A DNA stretch of 50,451 bases from Nitrospirota bacterium (GTDB taxonomy: Bacteria > Nitrospirota > Nitrospiria > SBBL01 > SBBA01), in assembly GCA_038067655.1 (NCBI GenBank), contig JBBTNS010000002.1, positions 1 through 50,451 on the forward strand. The letters are read 5' to 3'. The stretch's first letter is position 1, and every line of letters starts with the position of its first letter. Shown piece after piece: positions 46,130-50,451 of this stretch. The notes beneath the pieces were generated by a model. The model searched no databases, was not told where the DNA came from, and saw only the letters and a list, made by a program, of their open reading frames with translations. The translations under genes were made by a program, and so were the position numbers.

Positions 46130-49100
46130 TTAGCGGAGTCTTGTTTCCTGATCGAACTTCACCCTGATCGTGAAGTAAAATCCTTGTGCCGTATATCTTG
46201 CCCTCGTAAAATCTCGATCATAAAAACCACTCACATTATACCCCAACGACAGCCACCCATTTCTCACAGGCGTAATCCCAATGGACGGCCCAACCGCATA
46301 CTTATAATTGTCATCATTGTACGAATTCAACCGACTCGCATGTAATCCAATATCCAGCCACGTCTTAATGTCATGACGCACATCAAAGCCGATTAAGTCG
46401 GTATACCCCTTATACTCAGTCCCATTATATTGATCAAACGAATATTTCGACCCGTAATAAATAGACCACTGATTCCGCTCATTTAACGAAAGTATATTCC
46501 CCTCGATGTCCGTTTGACTCCACGCCTTCGACACGCGATTGATATTCAAGTGATTAATCACCGCCTGCGATCTCGCCTCTCCACTTTGCGAAAGACTCCC
46601 GGCACCAAACAGCCCAGCATTGGGAACCCCAGTGCCATATTTCGACGTCTCATGTCTTAACTCCAACCGATCTAAAACAGACCAATTGAAGCCCAACGGC
46701 CGATACGCAACCGACAAATTCACATTCCCCAATTGCCCCTGCGCACCCACTTCACGATTCGTCTCGAAATATCGGATAGACGACGCAAAGGCAACGCCCT
46801 CTTTCGCCTCTCTTAAAAAGCCCGTCGTCACACCCACCCGATCCTCAATACCCGCATTCCGATTCTCTACTCTGATATTCCATGACCAGAGCAAATGCCG
46901 ATACGTCGCTCCCGCTGATACCGCTAAATAATCATCGTGCAATACGCCGCTGCCCAAAGATCCTCCCGACGCAATCGGATGAACAACATTGTTCACCGGA
47001 GATTGTGTTTCCGATTCATTAAATGTCCGGCTCTGGTCCAACGAAAAATCCACCCCCCAACGATCATTAATCAGAAACGATTGCGACAACCCATACGACG
47101 CATACTGACGCGCCCCCTGCTCGCTGATACTCTGATTCAACGTACTTGACAACCTGGCTCCCGCCCATGGATTCGCCTGCAACCCAAACCGCGTCATCTG
47201 CGTGTCAAACGATTCCCCGTCACTCATCTCATGCGCTACAATTAACTTCGCATCTTTTGTGAGGCTGTAACCCGCCTGCACCAAATATCGAGACGGATAA
47301 TCAATGCTGCTATTCTTACTATTATCCAGCGACACATCCGCACGAATAGACACCTCCAAAGCGTCACTCAATAACCGCTTCGTCGCTCCCACATTCACTT
47401 CATGCGACTCAAATGCACTCGTCGTCGCAGATACTTTATCTCTCGCGACTTGCACGCCCCCAAACAACGACAAAGACTCCCGTTTGTATTCTAACTTCGA
47501 CGACAGAACCTCTCGCTTCTGCGTCGTCGCGACACTCTCATCACGCGATACCTCCGCCGATAAACCTAAAACATCCGTAATCTTCAAACGCCCCGATAGT
47601 CCATACCGCTCGCGGCCAATGTCAGCAACCGATTGCTGCTTCACACCAAACCCCGCATCGAGCCGATTCGTATACGCTAATAATCCCCAACGATCCGCTT
47701 GATGCTCAAGCTCAACCAAAAAACCGTCCGCATCAATCGCATTATTCCCGGTCTGCTCCGATAGCGCACCCTCAATCCGAAGCGCTGTCCCACCAATCTT
47801 TAACGCCGCGTTCAATCCCGTCAAATCAGTTCGTGTATCGTCGTTCTCATCTCGAATCTGCGACGCACCTAACTTTAACTTCCCGTCAAACAGCTTCACC
47901 CCAACATGACCACCCGCATTTAACTCCTGATCAGAAACCCCCAACGTCTCGTAGTTCGCAATAATAAAAATCGGATTTAAATTAAAATCTCTCGCTTGGA
48001 TGGGTTCCCTAAAATAAATCGTCCCAGCGCCATAGTCGATATCGTAATCTAAATGACGGGTTAGCTCTCTCGTCTGTACCGTCTTATCCGCATGATAGCG
48101 ATCTTTCGTCAGAATCTGAATCCGCTCACTATTTAACACCAAGCCGCCGCGGCTTAGCTTATACAGACCAGATGTCCCGTCTCCTTGAATCTCGTCTCTG
48201 ACAAAATGCTGCGGCGTCTCAGCGCCAAACACCGTAAAGAGTAATTTGTCACCAGAATAATTCGCCTTCACACCATTGAGCGACCGGCTGTAACGCGCAA
48301 GCCGCGTCTGATCTAACCCCGTCTCAAAATCCCCAAACATCGCATAAAACGCCTTCTTCTCTACCTTGATATAAAGATTACGCTGCGATTGCGCATCTTT
48401 CCCTTGCCCAGTCGCGTCCCCGTACAGGGTATAAAATTGACCCGGATCCACCACACCAAACAAACTCTGCTTCCGACGCAAATGCTCCGGCTTGTCAGAA
48501 TCAAACGCCAACGTCATCAGCCATTCCCCGGAAATCTTCCCCTTCGCGTACAAACTCACCTGACCATCGGTATACACGTTGTCCTCAATCTTATCGGCAA
48601 ACGCCGCCTCATGATTGTCCTTGATCGTGTTATACCCAACCGTCCCTTCCGCAAATCCCACCAAAATAAAATCACGCAAATCAGGTTGTAGCACAACTCG
48701 CAGAATGTCACTCCCGTTGGTCGTGAAAGAACCAGCCCCTACACCATCAAGCGCAGCACCACGAATTTGAATGACGGCTTCGCCCGTTTGTGTCGTCGGC
48801 GCCAATTTAATAAACACAATCCCGTCGTTCCCGTCCGCTTTCCACTTCGGATCAAAACGATCCATCCCGGCTAACACCCGCTTCTGATCCATCTCCAATT
48901 GTTCTAACCCACGATACGGCGGCAAAACCACAAACGATCCCGCCTCCCCAAATTTCACTGGATTCCCCAATTCATCCGCCAACCGCACCGCTATCGTCGG
49001 TACCGTTATCCCGTCCGCAATCAAATAGGACCGGTCAGCAAGAAACTCCACCTGCCCAACGGAACGTGGGAAAATGGCACTGCCGTTGGGCGACAAAGCA

Positions 49101-50449
49101 ACATCACTTCCAACGAGGGTACCAGAAGAAACCGGCTCAACATCAAATGCCCCCGCCATCGCATACAAAACCGGCTTATTCCCTTCTACGACTTTCGACC
49201 CCTCATGAGAAAACGCCAATGAAGACGTCGGAGTATCTATTAAGAAAGACTCAGAACGCTGGCTCGGAGCCTCCAAGAAGGACAGAGAACTCTTACACGG
49301 CACCGTCGCTTCTGAAATCGGCGTCTTTAAGTCAATTTCCTTCCCTGCACTAAATAACGCATAGGAACTAATCTCAAACCGCCCTTCCTCAGGACAGGCC
49401 GTCCCTTCCGGCTTCTCATGCGCAATGACAACAACACGACGATTCAACGCACGACCCTCATCCGTCGTATTATCTCCAATCGGTTCCGTCGCCGCCTTCC
49501 CAGTCATCCGAACATATTGCGCAGGAAGCAATAACCGATCCATTAAATAATCGGCGGCAAGCTTCGCCCGCCCCTCCGACAACGCTTGGTTATCCGAAAA
49601 ACCAATCTTCTCTGGCGCAAGAATCAAATTACTATCTGTATGCCCAATCACCTCTAAATAATCAAACGACTCGCCGGATAACTCATTCGCAATATTCTCT
49701 AACTGCACCTGCTCGGAAGGTCTAAGCACCGCGATCCCATTCTCAAAGTGCGCCCGCATCACATGACGATTCGAGACCAACGACTCCCCAACCGCATCAA
49801 ACGTAATCACACGACGAGCGTTCGCTTCCAGATCGCCCAATGCAAAGACCATCCGGTCTTTGCCGATCACAGGATCGCCAGAAACAACACCGTCCACACG
49901 AACCGTTCCAGAAAGGAATTGCGCCCCTTTCGGCAAAGCGCTATGCACTCGGACATCGCTCACGGGCGCATCGCCGCCTTCTACATCAATCCGATACGAT
50001 AACCGCGCAGGGTCCGCTTGCGCAGAGGCAATAATCTTCACTTCAACTCGGCGATTAGTCGCTCGCTCTGCTTCACCTAAGCCGGGCTGAATCGGCCTTT
50101 CGAAATTATGCCCAGAAATAGCTACTTTATCCCGCGAAAATCCAATTCCCTCACGAAGATAAGTCGCAATCAAATTGGCACGCAATATCGAAAGGACTTG
50201 ATTATCCATGAAATCATCTTGCGCCTCCTCAATGACTCGAATCGGATCCGTATGTCCCACAGATATTAACTTGCTAACACGCAACCCCTTTAACTTATCA
50301 ATCAAAGGATCCATCTGAGAAAGCTTCTGCCTAGAAAGATCAGGCTTACCAAAATCAAACCGAATCACCATCTCAAATGTCTGATCTGGCGGCTTCGGCG
50401 CCATCACCCATTCTCCCGCTATCTTGACACGAAGAGACGGAATCGGGAC
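46130..50449 (-). CDS. Large outer-membrane-associated protein: two OmpA-like peptidoglycan-binding domains, a DUF11-like segment, a Big_1-like Ig domain and a C-terminal beta-rich region of about 850 aa (putative barrel). 5' end off the window
   Basis: The frame stays open upstream of the track start (GTG 50407) to the window edge. The OmpA_C-like motifs are ..ISVGHTD.....NQ.LS..RA..IATYL.......I..SGH....P........ATNRRVEV and ..VIGHTDS........NQALSEGRAKLAADYL......V..TGKA..EPI.....EGRALNRRVVV. The Big_1-like motif is LIADGITVPTIAVRLADELGNPV. The C-terminus shows alternating-polarity beta-strand patterns and ends ..GFYFTIRVKFDQETRLR. Confidence 0.7.
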   Translation of the reverse strand, partial: VPIPSLRVKIAGEWVMAPKPPDQTFEMVIRFDFGKPDLSRQKLSQMDPLIDKLKGLRVSKLISVGHTDPIRVIEEAQDDFMDNQVLSILRANLIATYLREGIGFSRDKVAISGHNFERPIQPGLGEAERATNRRVEVKIIASAQADPARLSYRIDVEGGDAPVSDVRVHSALPKGAQFLSGTVRVDGVVSGDPVIGKDRMVFALGDLEANARRVITFDAVGESLVSNRHVMRAHFENGIAVLRPSEQVQLENIANELSGESFDYLEVIGHTDSNLILAPEKIGFSDNQALSEGRAKLAADYLMDRLLLPAQYVRMTGKAATEPIGDNTTDEGRALNRRVVVIAHEKPEGTACPEEGRFEISSYALFSAGKEIDLKTPISEATVPCKSSLSFLEAPSQRSESFLIDTPTSSLAFSHEGSKVVEGNKPVLYAMAGAFDVEPVSSGTLVGSDVALSPNGSAIFPRSVGQVEFLADRSYLIADGITVPTIAVRLADELGNPVKFGEAGSFVVLPPYRGLEQLEMDQKRVLAGMDRFDPKWKADGNDGIVFIKLAPTTQTGEAVIQIRGAALDGVGAGSFTTNGSDILRVVLQPDLRDFILVGFAEGTVGYNTIKDNHEAAFADKIEDNVYTDGQVSLYAKGKISGEWLMTLAFDSDKPEHLRRKQSLFGVVDPGQFYTLYGDATGQGKDAQSQRNLYIKVEKKAFYAMFGDFETGLDQTRLARYSRSLNGVKANYSGDKLLFTVFGAETPQHFVRDEIQGDGTSGLYKLSRGGLVLNSERIQILTKDRYHADKTVQTRELTRHLDYDIDYGAGTIYFREPIQARDFNLNPIFIIANYETLGVSDQELNAGGHVGVKLFDGKLKLGASQIRDENDDTRTDLTGLNAALKIGGTALRIEGALSEQTGNNAIDADGFLVELEHQADRWGLLAYTNRLDAGFGVKQQSVADIGRERYGLSGRLKITDVLGLSAEVSRDESVATTQKREVLSSKLEYKRESLSLFGGVQVARDKVSATTSAFESHEVNVGATKRLLSDALEVSIRADVSLDNSKNSSIDYPSRYLVQAGYSLTKDAKLIVAHEMSDGESFDTQMTRFGLQANPWAGARLSSTLNQSISEQGARQYASYGLSQSFLINDRWGVDFSLDQSRTFNESETQSPVNNVVHPIASGGSLGSGVLHDDYLAVSAGATYRHLLWSWNIRVENRNAGIEDRVGVTTGFLREAKEGVAFASSIRYFETNREVGAQGQLGNVNLSVAYRPLGFNWSVLDRLELRHETSKYGTGVPNAGLFGAGSLSQSGEARSQAVINHLNINRVSKAWSQTDIEGNILSLNERNQWSIYYGSKYSFDQYNGTEYKGYTDLIGFDVRHDIKTWLDIGLHASRLNSYNDDNYKYAVGPSIGITPVRNGWLSLGYNVSGFYDRDFTRARYTAQGFYFTIRVKFDQETRLR

Positions 50450-50451
50450 AA

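Overview
50.4-kb window from a Gram-negative bacterium with flagella and type IV pili. GC looks moderate by eye and I cannot identify the lineage from sequence alone. Every protein gene I can support is on the minus strand. The only plus-strand gene is tRNA-Gly(CCC). In transcription order (right to left): (1) The last 4.3 kb of a very large outer-membrane protein with two OmpA-like domains, an Ig-like domain and a long beta-rich C-terminus; its 5' end is off the window. (2) An 11-gene ribosomal spc/alpha fragment, rplF-rplR-rpsE-rpmD-rplO-secY-adk-map-infA-rpmJ-rpsM. It has its own consensus sigma-70 promoter and lacks the usual neighbours on both sides. (3) Two pilin-like genes starting 54 nt after rpsM, then a translationally coupled fimT-pilV-pilW-pilX-pilY1 operon that ends in a non-pilin Ig/cadherin-like membrane protein. 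(4) tRNA-Gly. (5) A tight four-gene unit: 3-hydroxyacyl-CoA dehydrogenase, enoyl-CoA hydratase, a degenerate-REC/GAF/GGDEF cyclase and a PilZ-like protein. (6) The fliK-flgD-flgE hook genes behind a sigma-54-type promoter. (7) The first 21.7 kb (7,237 codons, no stop in the window) of a giant Sec-secreted protein made of about 65 tandem Calx-beta modules. The points most worth follow-up are: a near-consensus sigma-28 (FliA) promoter directly upstream of the giant Calx-beta gene; in-frame G7-G9 homopolymer tracts concentrated in the pilus genes, including G9 in pilY1; acyl-CoA enzymes packed together with a c-di-GMP cyclase and PilZ-like pair; and the broken ribosomal-operon synteny. No transposase, integrase, CRISPR array or recognisable defence gene was seen. 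All domain calls come from motif recognition by eye; no searches were run.
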